Assembly (NCBI RefSeq): GCF_964194025.1
Contig: NC_134472.1
Span: forward strand, 32,302,001-32,366,000
Direction of reading: 5' to 3'
Source: Convolutriloba macropyga
Taxonomy: Eukaryota
DNA: 64,000 nucleotides
The position numbers and the translations under genes are program-made. The notes below the pieces were generated by a model. That model was not told where the DNA came from. It saw nothing but the letters and a program-made list of their open reading frames with translations, and made no database searches. Below, piece after piece: positions 11,788 through 23,217 of the stretch (position 1 is the first letter of the stretch; each line of letters opens with the position of its first letter).

Positions 11788-11934
11788 TATATCTGCGGAA
11801 CTTTCACTTTTAATCATTTTCACATTTTATTCATCCGCGCATAGTTATCACAACTATAACTTTCTTTCATTCATTTACATAAGGAGAATACTATTTTATC
11901 ATTTTTCATTGCAATTCAGTCAATTTTTACTGAA

Positions 11935-12600
11935 TTTACCCGATTTTGGGCTGATATACTTAAATTTTGACAATTTTACCATTTTTTGCCAAAAAATACC
12001 CAATTCTTGGCAAAAATACCCAATTCCTCCCAAAAAATACCTAATTCTTCCAAAAAAATACCCAATTCTGACCAAAAATACCCAATTCTTGGCAAAAAAT
12101 ACCCAATTTTGGCCAAAAAATACCCAATTCTTGGCAAAAAATAGCCAATTTTTACCAACAATTACCCAATTCTTACTAAAAAATACCCATTTCTAGGCAA
12201 AAAATACCGAATTTTTACCAAAAAATACCCAATTCCTGGCAAAAATACCCAATTTTTGGCAAAAAATACCCAATTTTTCTAAAAAAAAATACCCAATTCT
12301 GACCAAAAAATACCCAATTCTTATCAAAAAATACCCAATTCTTCCCGAAAAATACCCAATTCGTGGCAAATAATACCCAATTCTTATCAAAAACTTCCCA
12401 AATCTTACCAAAAAAAACCCAATTCGTGGCAAATTATACCCAATTCTTATCAAAATCTACCCAAATCTTATCAAAAATACCGAATTCGTGGCCAAAAATT
12501 AACAAGTTTGAGCTGAAAATTCCCAGTTTTATCACCACATTTCAAAAAATTACCCAAAATTCAAAGAAATTTACCCAAATTTGTCTACTGTACTCCCATT
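11935..12600. repeat. Subterminal ~22-bp minisatellite (consensus ~AAAAAATACCCAATTCTTGGC)
   Basis: More than 20 imperfect copies; source of the spurious repetitive ORFs at 11909-12605. Confidence 0.92.
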
Positions 12601-12659
12601 ATTAGCACAATTTTGTAATTTCGGAACCTTACAAGTTTCAAAAGCTTCAATGTAATAAA

Positions 12660-12950
12660 GAAATCTCTCACGTGATCCCATTAATTTTGCTTGGAGGTAA
12701 ATGACCTCTGCTTTGTAAAGTCCCTAATAATAAATTTACTGTGTCATCTGTTAATGTGCCTAAAATTCTCACGTGATTAGACAATTAGTCACTATATTAT
12801 TGTCACAATTACTCATAACATTACGATTACATCATTGTAATTCACAATTACGTCATAGTGTCGTAATAATTACGTCATAATAACGTTACAATTACGTCAT
12901 TCTGTCGTCTCAATTAAGTCATTATGTGGTCATAATTACGTCATATTCAA
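12660..12950 (+). promoter_or_regulatory. Putative pPolB promoter: E-boxes plus phased ATF/CRE-like array
   Basis: TCACGTGA at 12668 and 12769; ATTACGTCAT or variant at 12826, 12847, 12869, 12891, 12913, 12935. Confidence 0.6.
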
Positions 12951-13129
12951 CAAAGAACTTTTCATTTCCATTTATTTTCATTTTTCTGATTTACAGAATT
13001 GAGTACAGTTGAGAACTCTAATCTTTACAACTTCTGACAAAAATTTTATTTCATCGCAACTTCCATTTTAACAATTTTTTACTCCTCCTTTTCTCACTTC
13101 TAATCTTACAACTTATTTTATTTTCAGAG

Positions 13130-16100
13130 ATGCCTCGAAAGTCGGACCAAAAAGAACTTTGCAAGTCTTGCGATAAGTTTATTTTGAAATCCAATATGAG
13201 CAGACATCAGAAGCGTCACGCAAAAGTTTGCTCACAATGCTCCCAGTCATTTCCGGACGACGAGAAACTGCGGAAACACATTGCTTCTGTACATGCACCG
13301 TCTCTGGTTATCAAGAAAAAGTTTTCATGTAGAAGCTGCAATTTATCGTTCTCCACATATTATCAACTTCTCCATCATAAACGAAACAATCATCTACATT
13401 CTCCTCCAGTGGATTACGATGACGTCGACTTATCTATATACGGAGAATCCTTCGTTCTTCATAGTGAACTTCAAACGGTTCAACACTTTTTACAAGACTC
13501 ACAGCTTGAATTGTCTAGAAAGAAAGTGCATAACTTCAAGTTATTCGAACTCAGCCACGAAACAGTGATCAACAAATTGGATTTCGTTTACAACGACTTA
13601 CCCAGTTCAGCGAAAATTAACATTTCCTTTGGATTCGTGCTGCAGAGTGTGTATAACTCGGACGAATTTCGATACTTTTACGCGGCAGACAACAACCCCA
13701 TTTTTTTAAATCCTATGGTTCTCTCCGATGACTCAGATCTCAATTTTATCAAATCGAAATTGAGAAGTGAAGATTTTCTACCCAATCTAATCAATCAACG
13801 TCCAGACACGAAGTGGAAGTTTTATTGTGTTACAAATGTCACTTTCTTTGTATTTCTCCTCAGTGGTGTTCCTTTAGGCTGTATAACTCAAAATATTCCA
13901 TCTATTTTGCTCAGGAACGGTTAGGTTAAGTGTTTTGTTTCGGATTGCGAACTAAAACCTTATCAAGACAACTTATGTATGTTCCGTGCTTTAGCTTACG
14001 ATTTGTACGGTAGTGATGAGCTACAAAATAAAAAAATGGAATTGATGCAGATGTTTCTCTCAGCAACAAGGAGAGATGGCGAAAGCTTTCCAGGAGTACA
14101 TGAAGATGATATTCCTTTTCTTGAAGAGCTGACTGACCGAAACATTCAAGTTTACACCATTTTCATTGACGATCAGTCTGAATTATATGCTGAACTTACT
14201 CGTCGCTCCTTGATGAAACGCACAAAGACAACTTCGTTGCTGAGATATGAAAATCATATCTGTTGGACAGCGGACATCAACAAATTCCTCAAAAAATTCC
14301 GGTGCTACGTATGCGATCAGTTTTTCGACAGATCCTTCAATCTTATGAGGCACATACAAACTTGCTCCGAAAACACGCAACACAAATATCCAACAGGAGC
14401 CTATCAGTTATCAGAAACTATTTTTGATCGTTTGGATGACGTTAAAATTAATGTTCCACAAGAACTCAGGCTTTTTTCTCATCTTATTGTATTTGATTTT
14501 GAGTCAATAACCGTCCCCGAAAATACACTCAGAAACACAGATTTGACTTCGTGGATTGGAAAACATGTTCCCATTAGCGTGTCGATAGCTTCCAACCTAC
14601 TTAAAGACCCAATATTCATTTGCAACGAAGATCCATATCAACTAATCCGTGATTTTGTATCCAGCTTGACTAATATAGCAGAAAAAAGCACACTTATAAT
14701 GAGGGAAAAACTCAATGCTTTCGTGCTGGAATTGGAAGAAAAGTATTGGGCAGTTCGACAATTGGTTCCAGTGAAAGACAAGCAGGTACCCACCGGAGTG
14801 CACGACTTATTTGACAACGAAGCTGAACCCAACGAAGAGGAGGACGAAGACCTTGAAATTAGGAGACTGAGATGCGAGCTCAAGATGTTATCAAATTTGA
14901 GACAAGACTTTGAGAAATATTACAGCACTATTCCTGTTTTCGGGTTTAATAGCTCTCGGTATGATTTGAACCTGATAAAAGAATATCTTCTGCATCATCT
15001 GTTAATAGAAAAAAACGTTGTTCCCAAAGTGATTCGTACGGGGAACAAATATATTGGAATGAACTTTCTTGGCTTGCAATTTCTGGACATTCTTAACTTC
15101 CTGGGAGGAGCTACAACTCTGGATAATTTTCTGAAAGCGTATGGAGCCAGTGAAGAGAAGGGTTTTTTCCCTTATGAGTGGTTTGACAGTGCTGAAAAGT
15201 TGAATGAGAACCAACTGCCACCAATTGAAAGTTTCTGGAGTAAGTTGAAAAACCATAACGTCTTGTCAGTCGATTACGATAAGTTCATGGATTGCAAAAA
15301 AAGGGGAATTGAAGAAAAGGAAGCTTTAAAGAAGCTGAAATTAAAAACAGTTCCCAAAAATGCAGCGGAAAACTATCGGGAACTTCAAAACATTTGGGAA
15401 AAGGAGAACATGAACACATTTCGTGATTTTCTCAAGTGGTATAACAACAAAGACGTCGTGCCCACTCTTGATGCGATGACAAAGATGATTCAATTCTACC
15501 ACTCAAAACAAATTGATATGTTGAAACTGGGCTACACGCTTCCCAACTTGGCAAACAGATTTCTCCATTCATCAACAGATGCTGCAATTTTCCCATTCTG
15601 CGAGCAAGACAAGGAATATGATAACTATATCAGAAATTGGCTGACGGGAGGACCCTCGATTATCTTCACCCGATATGCAAAAGTCGGCGAAACGAAGATT
15701 AGAGAGTCCGAAAATGTATGCAAATCTATAGTAGGCATTGATGCAAGTCAACTATACCCATTCTCAATGACCAAGGAAATGCCAACTGGACTCTACACAA
15801 AATGGGAGTTCAACGTCGACACTGCAAAGTTTCACCCAAAAAGGAATTGGAGGAGTTTCTTTGAGCAGCAAGTAATCGATTACTTGCAGAGCACTCGTCC
15901 AGAATGTTTAATACAGTCACAGTTCAGTCACAAAAAACAGAAAAGAATTGGAACTTATCTCGTCGATGGCTTCTGCTCTCATTGCAACACAGTGTTTGAG
16001 GCAATGGGATGCTACTTTCACTTTTGTACCTGTCAGGAGGAAAAGCCGCTGTTATTTGAAGATATAGAGAACGGATTAAAGACACGGGAACGAGATAGTG

Positions 16101-17458
16101 ATCGAAGAGAGTATCTGCAGGGTTTAGGATACACAGTTGTTGAAATTTGGGAGTGTCAGTGGAAAAAGTGGAGGAGGGAAAACATAAATGGAGTAAAAGA
16201 GTTCGTCAACAAGAAATATCCATTTCAGCAATCCCTTTCCAAAAATTCTCTTATTGAAAAAATAAAACGAGGAGATTTGTTTGGTGTGGTCGATTGCAGC
16301 CTCGAAGTCCCTGAACACTTGTACCCTTACTTTGAGGACTTTCCTCCTATTTTTAAGAATTGTGAAGTTGGACGAGACGACATCGGGCACCATATGAAAG
16401 AATTTGCTGAGCGACACAAGTTATTATCAAAACCAAGAAAAATGCTCATTTCTAGTTTCAAGCTTGACAGAGGACCAATTATTACTCCACTTTTGTTATT
16501 TTATCTGGAAAAAGGAGTGATTCTAAGAGACGTTTTTTGGTTCCTACAATACACTCCCCGCCGCTGCTTCCAGTCCTTTGTGCAAAACGTTGTCGACGCT
16601 CGCCGCGATGGAGACCGAAACAAAGACTCAACAGTCGTTGCTGAAACTATGAAATTGATAGGTAACAGTTCTTACGGGTACCAGATAATGGATCGTAGCC
16701 GGCATACGACCACAAAATATGTTAAAGGTTCTCAAGTGGATAAATTAATTAACAACAGATTTTTCAAGACGTTAAATGAGTTGCCAGAAGAGATTTACGA
16801 AGTGGAATTAAACAAGACACGTATCATACATAAAGAACCAATAATAGTTGGTTTTTTTATTCTGCAGTACGCTAAGCTTACAATGTTACAACTCAAGTAC
16901 AATTTTTTCTCCACTTTCTGAGACAAAAATAAGTACGAACTCATTGAAATGGATACAGACAGTCTGTACATGGCGCTTAGTGAGGAAAAACTTGACAGAA
17001 TCATTCGACCAGAAATGCAATCGTTGTGGTACTGGATGAGACAGAGCGACTGCAGTGATAATTTTGCAGCAAACTCAAGCAGCAACTTTTTCCCACGTGA
17101 ATGTTGCAACAAGCATGCGAATTTTGACAAGAGAACTCCAGGCTTGTTCAAAGAAGAATTTAGATGCTCAGAAATGATTGCTTTGCGCTCAAAAACTTAT
17201 TGCTGCTACGATGAGCAATCAGATACTGTAAAATTATCCAGTAAGGGGCTCAACAAAAACAACATCGAGGAACCCTTAGCCAAATACAGAAAAGTATTGT
17301 TTGATGAGGAGCGGGTATATTCAACGAACAGGGGATTTCGCGTAGTCGACAATCAGAAAGTATGCACATATGAACTCAAAAAAAAGGGACTGTCATACTT
17401 TTATCCCAAGCGTAAAGTCTGTGAAGACGGAATTCACACTACTCCTTTAGATATATAA
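13130..17458 (+). pseudogene. pPolB: Protein-primed family B DNA polymerase (ZnF-TP-vOTU-Exo-Pol with Vsr-like insertion); one reading frame with two premature stops
   Basis: ORFs at 13130, 13979 and 16949 share one frame; stops TAG 13922 and TGA 16919; ExoI IVFDFES, ExoII FNSSRYD, ExoIII YNNKDV, motif A IDASQLYP, B KLIGNSSYG, C MDTDS. Confidence 0.95.
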
Positions 17459-17703
17459 GTCATTTTCTTTAGATTTTGTAAATTTTAGCCTTCTTTCATT
17501 TTATATCTTTTTCAATTCACTGTTTACCTCACAAAATGTCTTTTGAAAAAAAATCCTTGTATAAAATAACTAAATTAGATACAAATACACATACAAATGA
17601 TTAAGTAAAAAATTTACAAATTTTTTTTTAAAAAGTTTTGAAAACCATTTGCATCGTTTTACGGATTAATGTTTAAACAATTAAAGATTTTGGTTGTCAA
17701 AAC

Positions 17704-18099
17704 TTACAAAACATCAGCAAAGAACTTCGAAATATGAAAATCATTTAAATATTTAGACGAGACTTTAGAAAATAACACATGTGCAAAATAAATAGCATAT
17801 AAACCACACAATTCTGAATCTTGGAGTTTTTCCTGTACTAATGAACCAAAGTTTGATTTCGTCTTGATGCCATATTTTTCCAAAACTTCTCCCATCGAAT
17901 CACCGTAGAACAACTTTCCATTTTTGTTGGCTAGCAAAATCCAGTGTGAGCCCGGTTGAGTAGATGGATCTGTGTTGATTATACAAAACGTGTTTGTAGG
18001 TAAATTTTTTGGCCGAAGATCTGCTGGGAAGGAACCGAGATATTTGAACTTTAGGTGTGGAAACCTGTTGACAACATGTAAGAGTTGTTGATTATCCAT
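17704..18099 (-). CDS. PRO: Adenovirus-like cysteine (maturation) protease
   Basis: IINTD...PGSHW (His), YGDS (Asp), LQDSELCG (Gln/Cys); ATG overlaps the MCP stop. Confidence 0.92.
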   Translation of the reverse strand: MDNQQLLHVVNRFPHLKFKYLGSFPADLRPKNLPTNTFCIINTDPSTQPGSHWILLANKNGKLFYGDSMGEVLEKYGIKTKSNFGSLVQEKLQDSELCGLYAIYFAHVLFSKVSSKYLNDFHISKFFADVL

Positions 18100-19328
18100 T
18101 TTTGGTGACTGATCCCTCCTTATCAATTGCAATTGAGCTTATACGTTCACCACTAACAAATAATTCTACAGTATTGGTCAAATTGTTAGCAAAGTAGAGC
18201 TCCAAACGAATTCCTGCTCCAACTACATCAGGAAAATGCATTTCGACATTGGCCTCCTGTGTTGAAGTAAGATCGAAAAATAAATGAAAATGGTTTTCAA
18301 AATCCTTGTATTGAATGTTAGGACCGTCATCATCAAATTTGAGTGCTTTCATCGTTTCAGCATAAGCTCTCACGTGATTTTCTGTTTTCAAGTTTACAAT
18401 AGTTTGATTCCCACGCACAATTTTAACTTGTCGAAGACCAAATTTACGAAAATGGAACGGATTAGTGTTGTATGTTCCACTGAACTCATTATTCAGATTC
18501 ATAGCAATATATCATTCGAATTGGTTTGTTTGAAAATATATTTTCTTGTATAAACTGGTTCTGTCCTGCGGGAATGATAAACGTTTTTGGAAGTTCTTCA
18601 TTATAGTAAAATATGGCAGGTTCTCGCAGCAGTCTACTTTTAAAACTTCTCATCCAGTTATCTGAGATCGCTACCTGTCTAGTAAAAAGGCAAGCTTCCA
18701 AAATTAAGGCTTCCGAGTTCAGCCCACCAGTATCGATCATATAGAACGCTGGAGATGATCGGATCAATTTCAGTCTGAGGTTGACATTTGGGAGAAGTAA
18801 AGGTTCACAAGCAAATAGACCTATTGCCAACGGACCGTAAAAAGTAAATTCATCTTTATCTTTTTGAAAAACAGTATCTGTAAATGCTCTTTTTGTAAAA
18901 TCGTTCGGCTCAATCTCGTATCGATATCCTTGGCATTGAGATAAGCTTTCCTTCGTTCCTTTTGTCCCTGAAAATTCAGCAGAGACAAAAGCTTGATGAG
19001 CATAAAGAGAATTGGCACTGTGAACTTGTTCATTATTAAGATATACTTCGCAATTAGAGAAAAGAGAATGAAGAGCATTGTTTACCAATAATGTTTCTTC
19101 GGCATTATCTAAACGTGTTCGATCTCCTTTAATAACCCTTCCTCTGATGATTAATCGAGTAGAGCGCAAGTCAGTAAAAATATTACGATCAGTTTCCAAT
19201 TGAAATTCGATTGTTGACTCGTTTAAGGAATTTGTTGGAAATATTTGCTGTTCATTGGACCAAAGAATGGGGTCTAAAATTGGAACTTTCCCAAAAAAGT
19301 CGAGCATAGAGTGAGACAAGGAATTCAT
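18092..19328 (-). pseudogene. MCP: Major capsid protein (double jelly-roll, PY), frameshifted near 18510
   Basis: NNALHSLFSNCEVYLN, LLLPNVNLRLKL, ENIFS...FSGTYNTNPFHF, FDLT motifs typical of Polinton PY; split over ORFs 18489-19328 and 18092-18502. Confidence 0.88.
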
Positions 19329-19368
19329 TTTAGCCTACCGTTTTTTATAATGATAATTGAGGAAATGA

Positions 19369-20171
19369 TCAAGATTTTTTCTGGAATAATAACGTAAGTT
19401 GAACTTGACCAATAGGGAAGAAGGGAACAAGGTGCCCAGCAGCGTTTCTTAATTCTACATGGATACTGTGGAAGTTGGATTTGATTACTTTATGGAATCT
19501 CAAGTGTTCGAAACTGCGATAACTCAGAACTTGCGATCTCTTAAAAATCTCATCATTATGGAACTCTCGGTGTTTGAACGGAAACGAGCGTAGAAGAGGA
19601 CATTTCACATCACAGACTGAATTGGGTTCAACTATATCCAAGTAGAGTAAAACTTTATGTGTTCCAGTAATATCAAAAGGAGATCTGCCGTTGCCCAGGA
19701 CTTGGTGTTGTATGATCCTTTCGAATCAGGTGGCATAACAGGTTTGTCAGCTTCAACGCCCAAGTTAGCAGCCAAACTTTTGCTGAAGGATACATTTTGA
19801 GAACCTCTATTGCAAAAAGTTAGTCTTCGACTTTTTTTGTCGATGTTGATAGAAAATTGAGGATCTAAGTTTTTGGGATGTCGTGCTTTTTTGGGTATAT
19901 CTGTAAGACTCTTCGCAAATTCGTCCATAGAGTTAAAAACTGCTGGTGGAATAGCGAATACATGCTTAAATTTCTCATCATAGTGAAATGTCATCAATCC
20001 TCCTTCAATGTTATAACATATACCGGGATATGATACTTCGACTAAAGCTACTTCCCATGATCCATCCAGTTCAATTTTGTCGGGAAGAAAATTGGTGAAC
20101 GAAGCCATTGCATTTTGAGGGTAAACTTGAGAGGAAGCGTTGGATACCAATTCTAGATAAAACGAATTCAT
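19369..20171 (-). pseudogene. mCP: Minor capsid (penton, PX) protein, frameshifted near 19680
   Basis: N-terminal FYLELVSNAS...FTNFLP...LDGSWEVAL; C-terminal YLDIVEP...PLLR...SIHVELRN...LTLLF. Confidence 0.85.
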
Positions 20172-20212
20172 GATGTTTGACTGTTCTGTGTGACGTTTGT
20201 TTGGAAAAATGA

Positions 20213-20551
20213 TTAGTCAAGGTTCTTCAAAAGGTCTTTGCGAATTTTTTGTCGAGTAACACTTTGTCTAGTGTTTTTCCTCTTTTTCATACCACTACCA
20301 ACTTGTTTCTGTATTGTTGATTTTGCAGTCTTCTTTACTGCTTTTTTAATCGAAGTCTGTCCTGATAAAACACCACCAATTTCGGGAATGGCTGACTCGA
20401 TTACATCTCGTCCAATTTTTTTTGCTGCAGGTAAAACGTATTTCTTGAGAATGGGAAGAGTTGTCCTAGCGACTGTTCTAGCCAAGGCTCCAAAGCCACG
20501 CCCCCTCTGACGAGGAACTCCTTTAAAATAAGGTAGATTGTAACCGTCCAT
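20213..20551 (-). CDS. Small basic virion core / membrane-active-like protein with Q-x-G-x-G motifs
   Basis: QRGRGFG, amphipathic helices, QVGSG and a K/R-rich tail; located among Polinton structural genes. Confidence 0.7.
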   Translation of the reverse strand: MDGYNLPYFKGVPRQRGRGFGALARTVARTTLPILKKYVLPAAKKIGRDVIESAIPEIGGVLSGQTSIKKAVKKTAKSTIQKQVGSGMKKRKNTRQSVTRQKIRKDLLKNLD

Positions 20552-20578
20552 TTTCTAGCGCGACTAATTGAAAAATGA

Positions 20579-21521
20579 TTATGCAACTTTTGACAATTCT
20601 TGTTCGTAAAAGATTCCATCAATGTTTTCTCCTTTCTGAACAACAGCAAAATATGTCGGGAAGGGCGCTGAAGTATTTATTTTTCGAACTAGGAAAATTT
20701 CATGTGCATAGTGAGGTTTATATCCTTTCAGAAATTTGCCCTCTGCTAATGCCAACCTAACTTTATCTACTACTTGAAACTTGGGCTTTGTATTTTTTCG
20801 TAGCTTCATTCGCTTGTACATGACAGTCAAAAAGTCGGCATTCACTACATCTTTGGGCGCCAACCCAATATTCCGATTGATTCTTGAGTTAATGACGTCA
20901 ACAAACATTTGCAGTTCTTTGATATAGGTTAATGTGTCGTTTTCTTCCAGGTAGCGGTAAATTAAAACTTTCAGGGTTCGTATAGCTCTCTCGCCAAAAG
21001 CTACTTTTGTTTCACTATAAGTGTGATAATATTTGACTCCCACATCCTCGCAGAAATTAGCCATATCTCCAAAAAACTCTTTTCCTTGATCTAGCCATAA
21101 TTTTTTTGGGAAATTGAGTTCGTTCTTTTTCGAACACATCTTGATAAATGCTGCTTTCACACCCTCTGCTCCTTTGCTTCGCAATGCTTCCACTCGCAAA
21201 AATCGAGAAAAAACATCAACAGTAACGAGTAAAAAGTTGATACCTCGATTCCATCGTGATAGTTTATCCATTTGTGCAAGATCCAAACACCAAATCTCAT
21301 CAATATAGCGAGCATGCGCATTTAGCCGGGGAAATTTTTGTCTGATTCCTTTGTACTTCGTATAAGAGTCTTTTGACTGTAAAAATTCTGTAACTCTCGC
21401 GACTGATTCCACTTGCTTTTGTTAGGTTATTGATAGAACCGAAAGCTGTTGGTCCCTTCCCTTTATACAACTTCTGCAATTTGATTCTATCTGAAACTGT
21501 AATTGAACCAGTCTGAGCCAT
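20579..21521 (-). pseudogene. INT: Retroviral-like DDE integrase, frameshifted near 21395
   Basis: WCLDL (D), VDVFSR, WLDQGKEF (D), GERAIRTLK (E); N-terminus (PTAFGSINNL) lies in ORF 21300-21521; no C-terminal chromodomain. Confidence 0.92.
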
Positions 21522-21954
21522 ACTGTGTCCTCAAAATGTTGTTTTTAACCAGATGTGGTCTCAGATTTAAAACTTTAAGAATAAGGAAATAGTTTGGATC
21601 AACTGGAGCGTTCTTCAATTTAATTGAATGAAGGAATGTTTTTATGTCAACTCCTGTGTCAACGTTGTCGACAATAATTGTATTGGAAAGTGAAATTTTT
21701 AACCGTTTGTTTTCGTATATCTCTTTCAAAGTTTTCAATGTCTCAGGATAGTTCTTATAGTGAAATTCCAGGTCTGTCTTAAGTTCTTTAGGTGGACGAT
21801 TGGTTTCTTCGGAACGTTCTTCTTTCACTTTTTTGATAACTGGGAAAACTGTTTCTTCTTTTTTATAGATCTCGCTGTAGGGTTCCGATGGTTTTCTTTT
21901 TCTGGTCTCCCACAGTTCTTTTGGAACAAGAACAAACTTTTTGACCTCACTCAT
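21487..21954 (-). CDS. Polinton hypothetical protein (155 aa)
   Basis: ATG-initiated ORF tightly overlapping both neighbours in the co-oriented gene block. Confidence 0.65.
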   Translation of the reverse strand: MSEVKKFVLVPKELWETRKRKPSEPYSEIYKKEETVFPVIKKVKEERSEETNRPPKELKTDLEFHYKNYPETLKTLKEIYENKRLKISLSNTIIVDNVDTGVDIKTFLHSIKLKNAPVDPNYFLILKVLNLRPHLVKNNILRTQYGSDWFNYSFR

Positions 21955-22267
21955 TGAAGAAAGTTGAAAATTTGTTCATACAAGGTTGGTATATGTAACT
22001 TAATATTGTTATTCCAGCTTTTGAGCGCAATATAAGTCTTCTGGAACTTAGGGTTGTTGATTTTGAAGTGAGCTTTCTAAGTTGTTTTTGGAAGCGAACA
22101 AACTGTTTTTTTCTTACTCCTGTGAGGTTTCCTTTAATCAAGTTTACAATACACTCACAGAGAAATCTGATGAATTCCTTAGGACAATGTAGAAGGAAAG
22201 CTGGTTGAAATTTCTTGTTGAGATTCCGAAAGAGCTTCAGAGTACAATAATTCTGTGCGTTTATCAT
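21947..22267 (-). CDS. Conserved Polinton small basic protein (CECxxNxxKGN motif)
   Basis: FLCECIVNLIKGNL motif recalled from Polinton accessory ORFs; overlaps the ATPase 3' end. Confidence 0.65.
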   Translation of the reverse strand: MINAQNYCTLKLFRNLNKKFQPAFLLHCPKEFIRFLCECIVNLIKGNLTGVRKKQFVRFQKQLRKLTSKSTTLSSRRLILRSKAGITILSYIYQPCMNKFSTFFNE

Positions 22268-22919
22268 TAATATCACTAATACGAGCACGACTGTTCGGTA
22301 CGAAGAATTCTGAAGGAAATGAAGTTACATTTGAACAATATCTTAACAAATCAGGTGTAGATGGTCTCAAATCAATCATAAGATGCCCATATGGTTGTTG
22401 TGTAGCGTCATCATACCATTGTTTTAGTTGTTTTCCCAGACCCAGTTGTCTTCCCAATGTATCAATTTGCTGCACATCTCTGGGTGATTTGAACAAAACA
22501 ATGTGAGTAGTCTGAAGCTCGGCATCACGTCCAGTTTTATTTTTGTGGAAGAGATTATGTTTGATATAAACACAATTTAAACTTCGATGTCTACCGGCTG
22601 TCGCAATTTCGTTGAATTTTTCCGACTTGGAAAGAATGTCTAATGAGTCATCGAATATAAGTAAATGTTTTGTGCCGTCAGCTGGTAAGTTCTCAATTAA
22701 TTCAAAGTCAACACCCTGAATGAATTCTATGCCTGCAATTGATTGCATCATTGTATCGTAAATTGTCTGAAAGTGCTTATAAAAGTACAAAATTCGATCA
22801 AACGAGGGTTGAAAAGTTTTCATTTGCAGCATATCATTAATGAAAACAGTTTTCCCAGATCCGGAAGGCCCAACAAGATACATCAGAATGCGTTCCTTTG
22901 TTGATATAATCTTGTTCAT
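22179..22919 (-). CDS. ATP: A32/FtsK-HerA-like genome packaging ATPase
   Basis: Walker A GPSGSGKT, Walker B LLIFDD, GRH motif, IVLFKSPRD. Confidence 0.93.
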   Translation of the reverse strand: MNKIISTKERILMYLVGPSGSGKTVFINDMLQMKTFQPSFDRILYFYKHFQTIYDTMMQSIAGIEFIQGVDFELIENLPADGTKHLLIFDDSLDILSKSEKFNEIATAGRHRSLNCVYIKHNLFHKNKTGRDAELQTTHIVLFKSPRDVQQIDTLGRQLGLGKQLKQWYDDATQQPYGHLMIDLRPSTPDLLRYCSNVTSFPSEFFVPNSRARISDINDKRTELLYSEALSESQQEISTSFPSTLS

Positions 22920-22920
22920 T

Positions 22921-23175
22921 TTATGCTTTGGGATTAGGAAGTATGTAACCTACAGCACTTGAAAGAATAGCAATCCAAACTGTTCGTTCGTCACAAGTTC
23001 TAGCAAAAATAAGGTTGATGATTGAAAAAAGAAGAAGTATTAATACAACTAAGCACTGGAATATTGACAAAAAAGCTGTTCGAGAGCAAGTGCGTCCGCA
23101 AATTTTCCAAGGAGGTCGCTCCTGATTGTTATTATCGAAACTAAAGTCAGCTGCGTGATTGTTATGATCTGTCAT
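22921..23175 (-). CDS. Small two-transmembrane protein
   Basis: Two hydrophobic segments, C-terminal LSSAVGYILPNP; stop 1 nt before the ATPase ATG. Confidence 0.75.
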   Translation of the reverse strand: MTDHNNHAADFSFDNNNQERPPWKICGRTCSRTAFLSIFQCLVVLILLLFSIINLIFARTCDERTVWIAILSSAVGYILPNPKA

Positions 23176-23217
23176 TAGAGTGCAACTGATTTTTGTTCGT
23201 GTTTAGGAAATAATGAT

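Noticed and set aside
11909-12605. Repetitive ORFs (IGYFL / NTQFL repeats) and a CRISPR-like look
   Set aside because: Translations of a 22-bp minisatellite; no unique spacers, no cas genes, eukaryotic context
13922-16921. Programmed readthrough, selenocysteine or alternative code at the two in-frame pPolB stops
   Set aside because: Two different stop codons, no known readthrough context, all three stops terminate other genes here, and other viral genes are also disrupted
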